Assembly: GCA_044222475.1 (NCBI GenBank) | Contig: JBGANF010000178.1 | Coordinates: 1-13,595, forward strand | Origin: Polyangiaceae bacterium | GTDB lineage: Bacteria > Myxococcota_A > Polyangia > Polyangiales > Polyangiaceae | Direction: 5' to 3' | Length of the DNA stretch: 13,595 nucleotides | In this document: piece after piece, positions 1-7,800 of the stretch | Layout of the letters: every line of letters starts with the position of its first letter | Position numbering within the stretch: the first letter of the stretch is position 1 | Notes under the pieces: generated by a model | What the model was told of the DNA's origin: nothing | The model's input: the letters and a program-made list of their open reading frames with translations, nothing else | Database searches by the model: none | Made by a program: the position numbers and the translations under genes

Positions 1-1033
1 CGGCGGGGTGCCGGGTACCCTTGAAGGTGGCGAGGTCGTCGCCGTGGACCTCGGACGAATAGGGGTCGACGTGGTCGAACATCGTCGGGGTGGTGCCGCC
101 TTCGATGACCTGGACCCCGAACCCACGTAGTCCCAGGCCGGTGTCGAGCAACACCGCGTTGTCGATCGCGGTCAGGCGGGCGACCCGCTCGATGGCCTCG
201 GAGAATTCGATCTGGGCCTCGTCGCGCACCGGCACCCGACCGTCGGACCCTCGGGGACGCGACCCGCGCAGGCGCTCGAGGCGATCGGCCAGCGGCACGT
301 CGCGGATGACTTCGGCGTAGCGCGCCGCCAGCACGCCGGCGCCGTCGGCGACGCCGTAGTGGATGCGGACCTGGCGCGGCTCGTGATCGACCGGGATCAA
401 GAGGATCATGCCGCCGTGCCCGTGCTCGAGGGCGCGGAAGGCGATCCGGGTGACCACCGCGGCGCGCAGGTCGATGCCGGTGGCCGGGTCGGCGCCGGCG
501 CGGAACGCGGCGAAGGTCTGGGTCAACAGGCGCGCCGGCGACTTGCCCTCGTGTTCGCCGCCGAGGAGGAAGATCTCGCCGCGCGAGTACAGCGCGCGCG
601 GCACGCCGACGTAGTCGACCCGGACGACGCCAGGGGCCAGTGCCCGGAGGGTCAGCGGCGGCGGCGTGGCGACGTTGCGCTCGAGCAGGGCCCAGGCGAC
701 CAGCTCGGCGCCGTCGCGGCGCACCGCGATGGAGGTCGCCTCCTGCAGGGTGGCGGGGGCCAGCTTGGCCAGGTTCTTCGGCGTCGCCCGCACCGGCGTC
801 GCCATCGCGACGACGGCCGCGCAGTCGCCGGCGCACGGCTGCCACGCGACGTTGAACCGGGCGTGGCGCGCTTCTTCCTCGTGGAGGCTGGCGTAGAAGG
901 TGACCTCGATCAGGGCGACGAGGTCGCTGTGGTCCGGGAGCTCGGGGCCGCGGTCAGCGTCCGCGGCGGACGAGAGGTGACGGGCGACTCGGTCGGCGAA
1001 GTCCCGCGGCGATCCGCTGCGCTGGTGCGTCAC
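1..1033 (-). CDS. DACNV-type sensor domain + DisA_N/diadenylate-cyclase-like protein (3' end runs off the window; not in the ORF track)
   Basis: Manual translation from GTG at 1033 is open to the window edge (344 codons): MTHQRSGSPRDFADRVARHL...LIEVTFYASLHEEEARHARFNVAW...NLAKLAPA...LVAWAL...LAPGVVRVDY...EHGHGGMILLIP...VARLTAIDNAVLLDTGLGLRGFGVQVI...FKGTRHPA. HGG-hydrophobic, LTAxD(G)A and GTRH are DAC-domain hallmarks. FYASLxxEE and LxKLAPA resemble the DACNV N-terminal domain. The start codon is inferred. Confidence 0.8.
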   Translation of the reverse strand, partial: MTHQRSGSPRDFADRVARHLSSAADADRGPELPDHSDLVALIEVTFYASLHEEEARHARFNVAWQPCAGDCAAVVAMATPVRATPKNLAKLAPATLQEATSIAVRRDGAELVAWALLERNVATPPPLTLRALAPGVVRVDYVGVPRALYSRGEIFLLGGEHEGKSPARLLTQTFAAFRAGADPATGIDLRAAVVTRIAFRALEHGHGGMILLIPVDHEPRQVRIHYGVADGAGVLAARYAEVIRDVPLADRLERLRGSRPRGSDGRVPVRDEAQIEFSEAIERVARLTAIDNAVLLDTGLGLRGFGVQVIEGGTTPTMFDHVDPYSSEVHGDDLATFKGTRHPA

Positions 1034-1051
1034 GGTCGATCGACCGTACCA
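1032..1051 (-). promoter_or_regulatory. Perfect 16-bp palindrome overlapping a candidate extended -10 box and the GTG start of the DAC-like gene
   Basis: ACGGTCGATCGACCGT (1032-1047) is its own reverse complement. The minus strand reads TGG-TACGGT-9 nt-GTG. Confidence 0.4.
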
Positions 1052-1094
1052 CGCGACCGAGCATCCGCCGCCCTCCCGGTACGCTGGCCTCCCC

Positions 1095-1304
1095 CTCGGA
1101 CTCGGCCTCGGGTTCGGCCTCGGACTCGGACTCGGCCTCGGACTCGGACTCGGCCTCGGACTCGGCCTCGGACTCGGCCTCGGACTCGGACTCGGCCTCG
1201 GCCTCGGACTCGGCCTCGGACTCGGCATCGGCCTCGGACTCGGACTCGGCCCCGGACTCGGCCTCGGACTCGGACTCGGCCTCGGCCTCGGACTCGGCCT
1301 CGGC
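1095..1304. repeat. Hexamer tandem repeat (CTCGGA/CTCGGC), 35 units
   Basis: Uninterrupted 6-nt period over 210 nt. Units are CTCGGA or CTCGGC, with four variants (CTCGGG, TTCGGC, ATCGGC, CCCGGA). It is intergenic and lies 5 nt beyond the lipoprotein stop codon. Confidence 0.98.
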
Positions 1305-1309
1305 CTCCG

Positions 1310-2053
1310 TCAGGGAATCTTCGCCGGCGTCGGAATCGAGATCCCTCCGCGCACCGCATTCGCAACGGCCGTGCTCAGCGCCTCATCGGCCTTCTGACAC
1401 GTGAGCGTCACGTCTCCGGAGACCACGCCTTTGCACTCTTTGGATCGCTTCTCGTACGCGGTCTTCACCGTCGCATCCGCGAGCAGCGCGTCCTTCGTGG
1501 GGTTCTCGAGGAACCGCCACTGCACCGAGCCGTTCTTCGGCTTCGGCGGCTTCGAGAACGACAGCGTGCCCTCTTCGAGCGTGTAGCAGTTCCCGTCCCA
1601 GCGCATGACCTGGTAGCCACCCGCGCCGCTGACCTGCATCCCGCCTTTGCCGGCGTCGCGCTTCTTCAGGACGAGCACCTCTTCGTCGAAGAAGAGCTTC
1701 GCCCGGGCGCTCGCGCCGTCGGCGTTCCACCCGTCGATGTCGCCCTTGAGCCACGCGCGCGTGAACGGCATGCTCTTCTGCATCAGCACGAGTGCGGCAT
1801 CCGGAAACGTCCCGTTGCACAGGCGCGACACGAACGCCGGATCCGGCAGACACGGATCGTGACTGCCGCCCGCGCACGACATCGGGATCGTCTTCGGAGC
1901 ATCGGCCGTCGGCGCCGCGGACGCGCTGGCGCTCGGTGCGGCCGAAGGATCGGTCGTCGCGCTCGACGTCGTTGCCGTCGGATCGACGGCGGCCTTGCCG
2001 CCGCCGCACGCGGCGACGACGACCAGCGCGAGCAGAAGGGATCCGCGGTTCAA
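1310..2053 (-). CDS. Hypothetical Cys-rich lipoprotein (~247 aa)
   Basis: C-terminal part of ORF 1310..4408. TTG start overlaps the upstream TGA (TTGA) and is preceded by GGAGG. MNRGSLLLALVVVAAC is a signal peptide II with lipobox, followed by a Ser/Thr/Ala/Pro linker and a globular domain with 6 further Cys. Confidence 0.8.
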   Translation of the reverse strand: MNRGSLLLALVVVAACGGGKAAVDPTATTSSATTDPSAAPSASASAAPTADAPKTIPMSCAGGSHDPCLPDPAFVSRLCNGTFPDAALVLMQKSMPFTRAWLKGDIDGWNADGASARAKLFFDEEVLVLKKRDAGKGGMQVSGAGGYQVMRWDGNCYTLEEGTLSFSKPPKPKNGSVQWRFLENPTKDALLADATVKTAYEKRSKECKGVVSGDVTLTCQKADEALSTAVANAVRGGISIPTPAKIP

Positions 2054-3282
2054 TCGTCCTCCATCGGGCCGAGGTCCTCGCCGGAGAGCACGAAGAACGC
2101 TTCCCCGTACGTCTTCAGGAGGTCGAGCGCCTTGTCCATGTCCTCTTGCGAGTGCCCGCGGGTGATGTTCACGCGCAGCCGCTCTTCGCCGATCTTCACG
2201 CCCGGATACAGGATCGGGACCATCATCACGCCGTTCTCGAGCAACGCGACGTGCATGAAGAGCGTCTTCCGCTCGTCGCGGCAGTAGACCGGCATGATGT
2301 GCGTGTTCGACGCGCCGAGATCGAACCCTGCGGTCTTCAGCTCGCCGCGGAAGTACGCGGCCTTCTGGTGCAGCTCGGCGACGAGCTTCGGCCCTTCGTC
2401 CTCGAGCATGTCGAGGATGGTGCTCGCCGCCGCGACGATCGGCACCGGCAACGTCGCGCTGAACAGGAACGAGCGCGCGGTCGTCTTGATGTACTCGACG
2501 ACCTCGGAGGTGCCGAGGAGGATCCCGCCGATCCCACCGAACGTCTTCGAGAACGTGCTCACGACGAGCGGGACTTTCCCTTCGAGCCCCGTCTCTTCGA
2601 GGAGCCCGCGCCCGTTCGTGCCGAGCGTCCCGGTGCCGTGCGCGTCGTCGAGGATGACGAACGCGTCGTAGCGCTCGCAGATCTCGACGATCTCCTTCAG
2701 CGGGGCCTTGTCCCCGTCGAGCGAGTACACGCCCTCGATCAGGACGATCGCGTTCTTGCGCTCGCGCGTCTTGAGGATGCGCTCGAGGCTGCGCGCCGAG
2801 TTGTGGTTGAAGAAGCGAACCTCGGGGGCCTTGCCCGGCGTGCCGGCGGCGAGGAACGTCCCGTCGAGGATGCAGGCGTGGCTGTAGCTGTCGAGGACGA
2901 GCGTCGTCTCTTTGTCGGCGAGGGCCATGATCGCGCCGACCATCGCTTGGTAGCCGGTCGTGAAGACGAGGCACTCCTCGAACTTGAACCACTTCGCGAG
3001 CCGCTTCTCGAGCTGGACGTGCTCGACCGTGGTCGCTTGGACGCGCGAGCTCGAGAGCCCGCAGGCGTACTTGTCGACGGCCTTCTTCGCTGCCTCTTTG
3101 ACCTTCGGGTGGTTCGTCAGCCCCAGGTAGTCGTTCGAGCTGAAGTTGACGATCTCGTGTCCGGCGATCGACGTGTGGAGCCCACCGGTCTCGAACTCGC
3201 GAAAGTACGGGTAGAGCTGCTTCTCGCGGGCCTTGCGGATGCGCGCCAGCTCGGCGTGCGCTTTGTCGTCGACGAATCCCAT
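2050..3282 (-). CDS. PLP-dependent alpha-oxoamine synthase (SPT/BioF/KBL family), most like serine palmitoyltransferase
   Basis: Motifs NFSSNDYLGLTNHPKV, TTGYQA, DSYSHACILDG, EGVYSLDGD, DDAHG, PLP-lysine STFSKTFG and RLRVNIT. The N-terminal YPYFR and TFSK motifs resemble bacterial SPTs, and the gene context is acyl-ACP metabolism, not biotin genes. Confidence 0.9.
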   Translation of the reverse strand: MGFVDDKAHAELARIRKAREKQLYPYFREFETGGLHTSIAGHEIVNFSSNDYLGLTNHPKVKEAAKKAVDKYACGLSSSRVQATTVEHVQLEKRLAKWFKFEECLVFTTGYQAMVGAIMALADKETTLVLDSYSHACILDGTFLAAGTPGKAPEVRFFNHNSARSLERILKTRERKNAIVLIEGVYSLDGDKAPLKEIVEICERYDAFVILDDAHGTGTLGTNGRGLLEETGLEGKVPLVVSTFSKTFGGIGGILLGTSEVVEYIKTTARSFLFSATLPVPIVAAASTILDMLEDEGPKLVAELHQKAAYFRGELKTAGFDLGASNTHIMPVYCRDERKTLFMHVALLENGVMMVPILYPGVKIGEERLRVNITRGHSQEDMDKALDLLKTYGEAFFVLSGEDLGPMEDD

Positions 3283-3288
3283 CGCTCT

Positions 3289-4455
3289 CTATCGCCTCAT
3301 CACCACGCAGGTCGCGTTGCCGTAGTAGCCCAGCGCGGTGACGAGGACGGTCCTCACCTCGCGCGGGGCGGTGCCTTGCTCGAGCGGCGTCGGCGGGACG
3401 CCCTGCAGATACGCGAGCGCGGCGGCCATGCCCATCGCGCCGCCCGCGCCGAGCGTCTCGCCGAGGATGCGCTTCGGCGCCGCGTACGCTTTGCCGGGGC
3501 CGATGACGCGCTCCACGCCGCCGATCTCGGCGACGTCGAACGGTCGCAGCCCCGCGACGCCGGTGACGACGAGATCGATCGACGACGCGTCGACGCCTGC
3601 GTCGTCGAGCGCGTCGCGCGTCGCCTGCTCCATCGCCACGTCGGACGCGTACGTCATCTGGCGCGACTGGTCCGACGCATAGAAGCGCGACGCGCTGCCG
3701 AGCATCGTCGCGAGCGCTTTCTTCCCGCGGGCCTTCGCGTGCGCTTCGTCTTCGAGGACGAGCAGCGACGCGCCTTCGCCGAGCCACGTGCCGGCCTCGA
3801 TCACCCCGACGCGCTTGAACGCGAGGTACAACGCTTCGCTCGCCGCTTCGGCGCCGCCCACGAGGAGCGCGTCCGCGCGGCCGTCGTCGAGGTAGATGTC
3901 GGCGCAGGCGACCGCGTCGAGCGCGCCGCAGTTGCCGTCGCTGATGGCGACGTTGAGCGCGCGGAGGTCCTCCCAGATGCTCGCGTAGCCGCTCGCGCTG
4001 TTCGCGACCGTGTTGGGGAACTTCGCCGGGTTGATGTACCGCGCGTCCTCGAGGACGGCGACGCGGTTCAGCTCGGTGATGGCCTCGAGGCTGCCATACG
4101 CGTTCGAGCACACGACGCCGACGCGGTCCGCGCTCGACGTCACGAACACGCCGTCCTTCTTGAGCTCGGCGTCGTGAAGGGCGAGTCGCGAGGCGACGAC
4201 GAGGAGCTTCGTCAATCGGTCGAGCGTGCGAAGCCCCTTGTCGCCGAGGAACTTCGCGGCGTCGAAGTCGGGTACCTCGGCGATCTTCGCGTCGGGGTAG
4301 TTCGTGCCGTCGAAGCTGACGATCGGCTCGGGCTTTCGGTCGCGCAGCAAGGTCGGCGCGCGGAGCGCCTCGAAGACGGCGTCGCGTCCGATGCCGAGGA
4401 CGGAGCACACGCCGAGCCCGGTGATCGCGCGCGGAGTCTGGCGTCGCTCGTTCAT
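3289..4455 (-). CDS. Catalytically degenerate beta-ketoacyl synthase (chain-length-factor-like)
   Basis: KS-fold motifs AITGLGVCSVLG, LRTLDR, PAKFPNTVANSASG, LLVGGAE and GEGASLLVLE. Catalytic positions read SDGNCG (Cys->Asn), VTGVAG (His->Gly) and LGETLGA (His->Glu). ATG at 4455 forms an ATGA overlap with the upstream KS stop; GTG at 4461 is an alternative start. Confidence 0.88.
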   Translation of the reverse strand: MNERRQTPRAITGLGVCSVLGIGRDAVFEALRAPTLLRDRKPEPIVSFDGTNYPDAKIAEVPDFDAAKFLGDKGLRTLDRLTKLLVVASRLALHDAELKKDGVFVTSSADRVGVVCSNAYGSLEAITELNRVAVLEDARYINPAKFPNTVANSASGYASIWEDLRALNVAISDGNCGALDAVACADIYLDDGRADALLVGGAEAASEALYLAFKRVGVIEAGTWLGEGASLLVLEDEAHAKARGKKALATMLGSASRFYASDQSRQMTYASDVAMEQATRDALDDAGVDASSIDLVVTGVAGLRPFDVAEIGGVERVIGPGKAYAAPKRILGETLGAGGAMGMAAALAYLQGVPPTPLEQGTAPREVRTVLVTALGYYGNATCVVMRR

Positions 4456-5723
4456 GGCCACGTCCCCCCGGAGGCGGCCCGGCGATCGATCGTCTTCGGA
4501 TCAGGCAGCACGCCCGGCTTCGCGAAGCACGCGACCGCGTTGTAGCCGCCGAACGCGAGCGAGTTGTTGAGCAAGATCCGCGACGGTCCCGTGCGGGCCA
4601 CGTTCGCGACGAGCTCGACGTCGCACTCGGGATCGGGCGTCTCGAAGTTCATGGTCGGCGGGTAGACGCCGCTCTCGATCGTCATCACGCAGCCGATCGC
4701 CTCGAGCGCGCTCGCTGCGCCCATGCAGTGACCGAGCGTGCTCTTCATGCTCGAGATCGGCACGCGGCGGCCGCCGAACACCTCGTGCATGACCTTCGCC
4801 TCGGCGGCGTCGTTCGCCTTCGTGCCGGTGCCGTGCGCGTTGACGAAGTCGACGTCGGCCGGGGTGATCCCGGAGTGGGCGAGGGCGAGGCGCATCGCGG
4901 CGACGCTGCCGGCCGCGTCGGGGTGAGGGCGCGTGATGTGGTACGCGTCGCACGTGATGCCGTAGCCGCCGACCTCGGCGTGGGCCGTCGCGTTGCGCTT
5001 CACCGCGTGAGCCTCCGACTCGAGGATCACGAGCCCGGCGCCTTCGCCGACGATGAGGCCTTGGCGGTTCAGATCGAACGGCTGACACATCCGCGGGGCG
5101 ACCGCGGCGAGCCGCACGAACCCGGAGAACTGGAGCTCTTGGAGGATCTCGGCGGCGCCCGCGATGACGATGTCGGCGCGGCCGGCGCGGATGAGGTCCG
5201 CGCCGAAGCCGATCGCGTAGTTGCCGGCGGCGCACGCGCCGGGGAGGGTGAGCGCCATGCCCTGCGCGCCGACCGCGCGGGCGACGTGGATCGGGAGGAG
5301 CGTCGACCCGTACTTCGGCAGCGTGGTGCGGCTCACCCCGGTCGGACCTTTGGCGATCCAGGAGTGATCGAGGTCGGCGATGACGTCGGCCTCGCCCATC
5401 GTCGTGCCCAGGACGACCGAGGTGCGGGGACCGCGGACGCCGTCTTCGCCGAGCCCGGCGTCCTTGAGCGCCATGCGCATCGCGGCGAGGGTCATCGCCG
5501 AGCAGCGGCCGGTCCGCTTGAGCTCGGCCTGGGTCAGGTGGTCCTCGGGGCGGAAGTTCTTCACCTCGCCCGCGTAGTCGCGACCGAGCTGCGACGTGTC
5601 GAACGACTCGACCTTGGAGACGCCGCTGCGGCCCTCCTTGAGCGAGCGGAAGTACTCCTCGCGGCCGAGGCCGACGGAGCTGACGACTCCCACCCCGGTG
5701 ATGAAGACACGACCGCTGCGCAC
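4452..5723 (-). CDS. fabF: Beta-ketoacyl-ACP synthase II family protein (active KS)
   Basis: RVFITGVGVVS, intact Cys-His-His triad (GACAAG, NAHGTGT, GHCMGAA), PFDxxRxG..GEGAG, CDAYHIT and NSLAFGG. The symbol denotes family only; it is probably a specialised paralogue. Confidence 0.93.
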   Translation of the reverse strand: MRSGRVFITGVGVVSSVGLGREEYFRSLKEGRSGVSKVESFDTSQLGRDYAGEVKNFRPEDHLTQAELKRTGRCSAMTLAAMRMALKDAGLGEDGVRGPRTSVVLGTTMGEADVIADLDHSWIAKGPTGVSRTTLPKYGSTLLPIHVARAVGAQGMALTLPGACAAGNYAIGFGADLIRAGRADIVIAGAAEILQELQFSGFVRLAAVAPRMCQPFDLNRQGLIVGEGAGLVILESEAHAVKRNATAHAEVGGYGITCDAYHITRPHPDAAGSVAAMRLALAHSGITPADVDFVNAHGTGTKANDAAEAKVMHEVFGGRRVPISSMKSTLGHCMGAASALEAIGCVMTIESGVYPPTMNFETPDPECDVELVANVARTGPSRILLNNSLAFGGYNAVACFAKPGVLPDPKTIDRRAASGGTWP

Positions 5724-5825
5724 GCGCTGCTTATACCCTCGCCAGGGGCTAGGAGAAGCCGAAATGTGCTGCGAAAACGCCTACGCTTGCGCGTTCGGCG
5801 CGGTCGCTGTAAGCCCCCCCGCACC
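5724..5825. promoter_or_regulatory. Divergent promoter region between the KS operon and the FAAL gene
   Basis: 102-bp gap between divergent starts. Minus strand: TATAAG (5735-5730) 6 nt before the GTG. Plus strand: TTGCGC (5787-5792)-17 nt-TAAGCC (5810-5815), 10 nt before the ATG at 5826. Confidence 0.45.
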
Positions 5826-7586
5826 ATGACGTCCGCACGCCTCGTGGCTCCGACGCTCGTCGACGCGGTGAAGGAGCTTCGCCACAAGACCGACAAAGGT
5901 TTCGTCTTCGTCCGCAGCGACGGGACCGAGCGATTCTGCTCGTTCCAGGAGATCGACGCCGAGGCGACCCGTCGCGGGGCGCACTTCGCGGCCCGCGGGA
6001 TCAAGAAGGGCGACCGGGTCGCCATCGTCGTCCCCGATCCCGACGACTTCGTCCTCTCGTTCCTCGGCGCCATCTACGCCGGCGGCGTGCCGGTCCCGAT
6101 GTACCCGCAGCTCTCGTTCAAGAACGTCGACACCTACCACGACACGGTGACCCACATCGTCAACGCGTCGAAGGCGTCGCTCCTCCTGACCACCACCGCG
6201 ATGCGCCAGTTCGTCGACCCGGTGATGCCCCGCGCGACCACCATTCGCGAGCTCGTCACGGTCGACCAGCTCGCCGGGCCCGCACCCGGGTCGCTCGACG
6301 TGAAGCTCTCGCCGGAGGATCTCTGCTTCCTCCAGTTCACGAGCGGGAGCACGTCGCGTCCCAAGGGCGTCATGGTGACGCACGGAAACCTCGCCGCGAA
6401 CTCCGAAGCGTTCATGATCCACGGCCTCGGGAAGGACTCCTCGGTCGACAAGGGCGTCAGCTGGCTGCCGCTCTTCCACGACATGGGCCTCATCGGCTTC
6501 GTCATCGGCCCGCTCTTCACCGACATCCCGGTGGTGTTCCTGCCGACTGCGACGTTCGTCCGCGCGCCGCGCGTCTGGCTCGACGCGATCCATCGCCACC
6601 GCGGAACGATCACCTACGCCCCCAATTTCGCCTACCAGCTCGTCGCGAAGCGCATCAAGGAGAAGGATCTCACCGGGCTCGACCTCTCGTGCATCCGCAT
6701 CGCCGGCTGCGGCGCCGAGCCGATTCAGGCCCGCACCCTCCGCGAGTTCGAGGCGAAGCTCGCGCCCGCGGGCTTCAACCCGAAGGCGTACATCCCGTCG
6801 TACGGCATGGCCGAGGCCACGCTCGCGATCACGTTCGAGAAGCACGGCACCGGCTTTTCGACCGACTCGGTCGACGCGAAGGAGCTCACCCACGGCAAGG
6901 CGCAGACGAAGGCCGCGGCTTCGGCCGACGACGCGACGGTGCAGGAGCTCGTGAGCTGCGGTCGTCCCTTTCCGGGACACGAGATCGCCATCGTCGACGA
7001 GGCGGGCAAGCGCCTCGGCGAGCGCCAGGTCGGCCAGATCATCACGACCGGACCGAGCATCTGCCAGGGCTACTACGAGGAGCCCGAGCTCACCGCCGCC
7101 GCGTTCCGCAAGGAGGCCGACGGCAAGACGTGGCTCTACACCGGGGACCTCGGCTACGTCGCCGGTGGGAACCTGTACATCTGCGGCCGGCTCAAGGACA
7201 TCATCATCATCCGCGGGCGCAACTTCTACCCGAGCGACATCGAGTGGGTCGTCAGCGAGCTTCCGGGCGTGCGCCGCGGGAACGTCGTCGCGTTCGGCGT
7301 CACGGTCGATGCCGCCGGTCGCCACGTCGAGGACGGCACTGGGGAGGAGCACCTCGTGGTCTGCGCGGAGGCGTTCCAGAGCGACGCGGCCCACCTGGTG
7401 GAGCAGATTCAGCAGGCCGTGACCGACAAGATCGGCCTCGCGGTGTGGAAGGTGGAGATCGTCCCGCAGGGGAGCCTCCCCCGCACGTCGAGCGGCAAGC
7501 CGCAGCGGCGCAAGACGAAGCAGATGTTCGTGGACGGGACGCTGCCCAAGGCGAAGGCGGGGGCGGCGGCGGAAGACGCCGGCTGA
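5826..7586 (+). CDS. Fatty acyl-AMP ligase (FAAL), ~586 aa
   Basis: LQFTSGSTSRPKGVMVTHGNLAAN, SWLPLFHDMGLIG, APNFAY, YGMAEATL followed by an insertion before LVSCGRP, TGDLG, GRLKDIIIIRGRNFYPSDIE and PRTSSGK. The true start is taken as ATG 5826; the upstream part of ORF 4728..7586 is antisense to the KS gene. Confidence 0.93.
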   Translation: MTSARLVAPTLVDAVKELRHKTDKGFVFVRSDGTERFCSFQEIDAEATRRGAHFAARGIKKGDRVAIVVPDPDDFVLSFLGAIYAGGVPVPMYPQLSFKNVDTYHDTVTHIVNASKASLLLTTTAMRQFVDPVMPRATTIRELVTVDQLAGPAPGSLDVKLSPEDLCFLQFTSGSTSRPKGVMVTHGNLAANSEAFMIHGLGKDSSVDKGVSWLPLFHDMGLIGFVIGPLFTDIPVVFLPTATFVRAPRVWLDAIHRHRGTITYAPNFAYQLVAKRIKEKDLTGLDLSCIRIAGCGAEPIQARTLREFEAKLAPAGFNPKAYIPSYGMAEATLAITFEKHGTGFSTDSVDAKELTHGKAQTKAAASADDATVQELVSCGRPFPGHEIAIVDEAGKRLGERQVGQIITTGPSICQGYYEEPELTAAAFRKEADGKTWLYTGDLGYVAGGNLYICGRLKDIIIIRGRNFYPSDIEWVVSELPGVRRGNVVAFGVTVDAAGRHVEDGTGEEHLVVCAEAFQSDAAHLVEQIQQAVTDKIGLAVWKVEIVPQGSLPRTSSGKPQRRKTKQMFVDGTLPKAKAGAAAEDAG

Positions 7587-7689
7587 CGCTGGCACCCGGG
7601 GCTGTCTCGCTTGGGCCTCGGGGTCCTGTTCGGGGGGGTCATGCGAAAGCGCGTTCGCGGCGCGGCGGAACGTACGCGCCACAACGTGA

Positions 7690-7725
7690 CAAAAGCGCAG
7701 CATTTTGCTTTCGTTTCCCGGGAAA
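7690..7725. promoter_or_regulatory. AT-richer segment with two dyad elements upstream of the ACP genes
   Basis: CAAAA-N8-TTTTG (7690-7707) and a perfect 12-bp palindrome TTTCCCGGGAAA (7714-7725) in the 214-bp FAAL-ACP gap. Confidence 0.3.
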
Positions 7726-7800
7726 TCGCGTTATCGGAAGCGCGGGTTTTTTCGGCATCCCCTTCGCAAGGGATCGCCCAGAGAAGCGAGAGAGACAGAC

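Noticed and set aside
1030..1365. 111-aa (VR/GR)n ORF across the microsatellite
   Set aside because: The repeat is stop-free in every frame, so open frames are expected. It overlaps the lipoprotein gene and there is no independent coding evidence.
2050..3282. Calling the gene bioF
   Set aside because: No other biotin genes are present. YPYFR/TFSK motifs and the FAAL/ACP/KS context point to an SPT-like role, so no symbol was assigned.
2054..4408. N-terminal ~785 aa of ORF 1310..4408
   Set aside because: Off-frame overlap with the CLF and AOS genes. Only the part from TTG 2053 has a signal peptide and normal composition.
359..4545. Long plus-strand ORFs 359..2287 (642 aa) and 1792..4545 (917 aa)
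   Set aside because: Antisense shadows of real minus-strand genes in high-GC DNA. They are Arg-rich, have no motifs, and the PR/TR run is just the microsatellite.
4728..5825. N-terminal extension of the FAAL ORF (952 aa)
   Set aside because: Antisense to the KS gene. FAAL similarity starts after ATG 5826.
5761..7707. Shared TGCTGCG heptamer in both cluster intergenic regions (5767-5773 and reverse at 7696-7702)
   Set aside because: Only 7 nt in GC-rich DNA, which is too short to support a common regulator without statistics.
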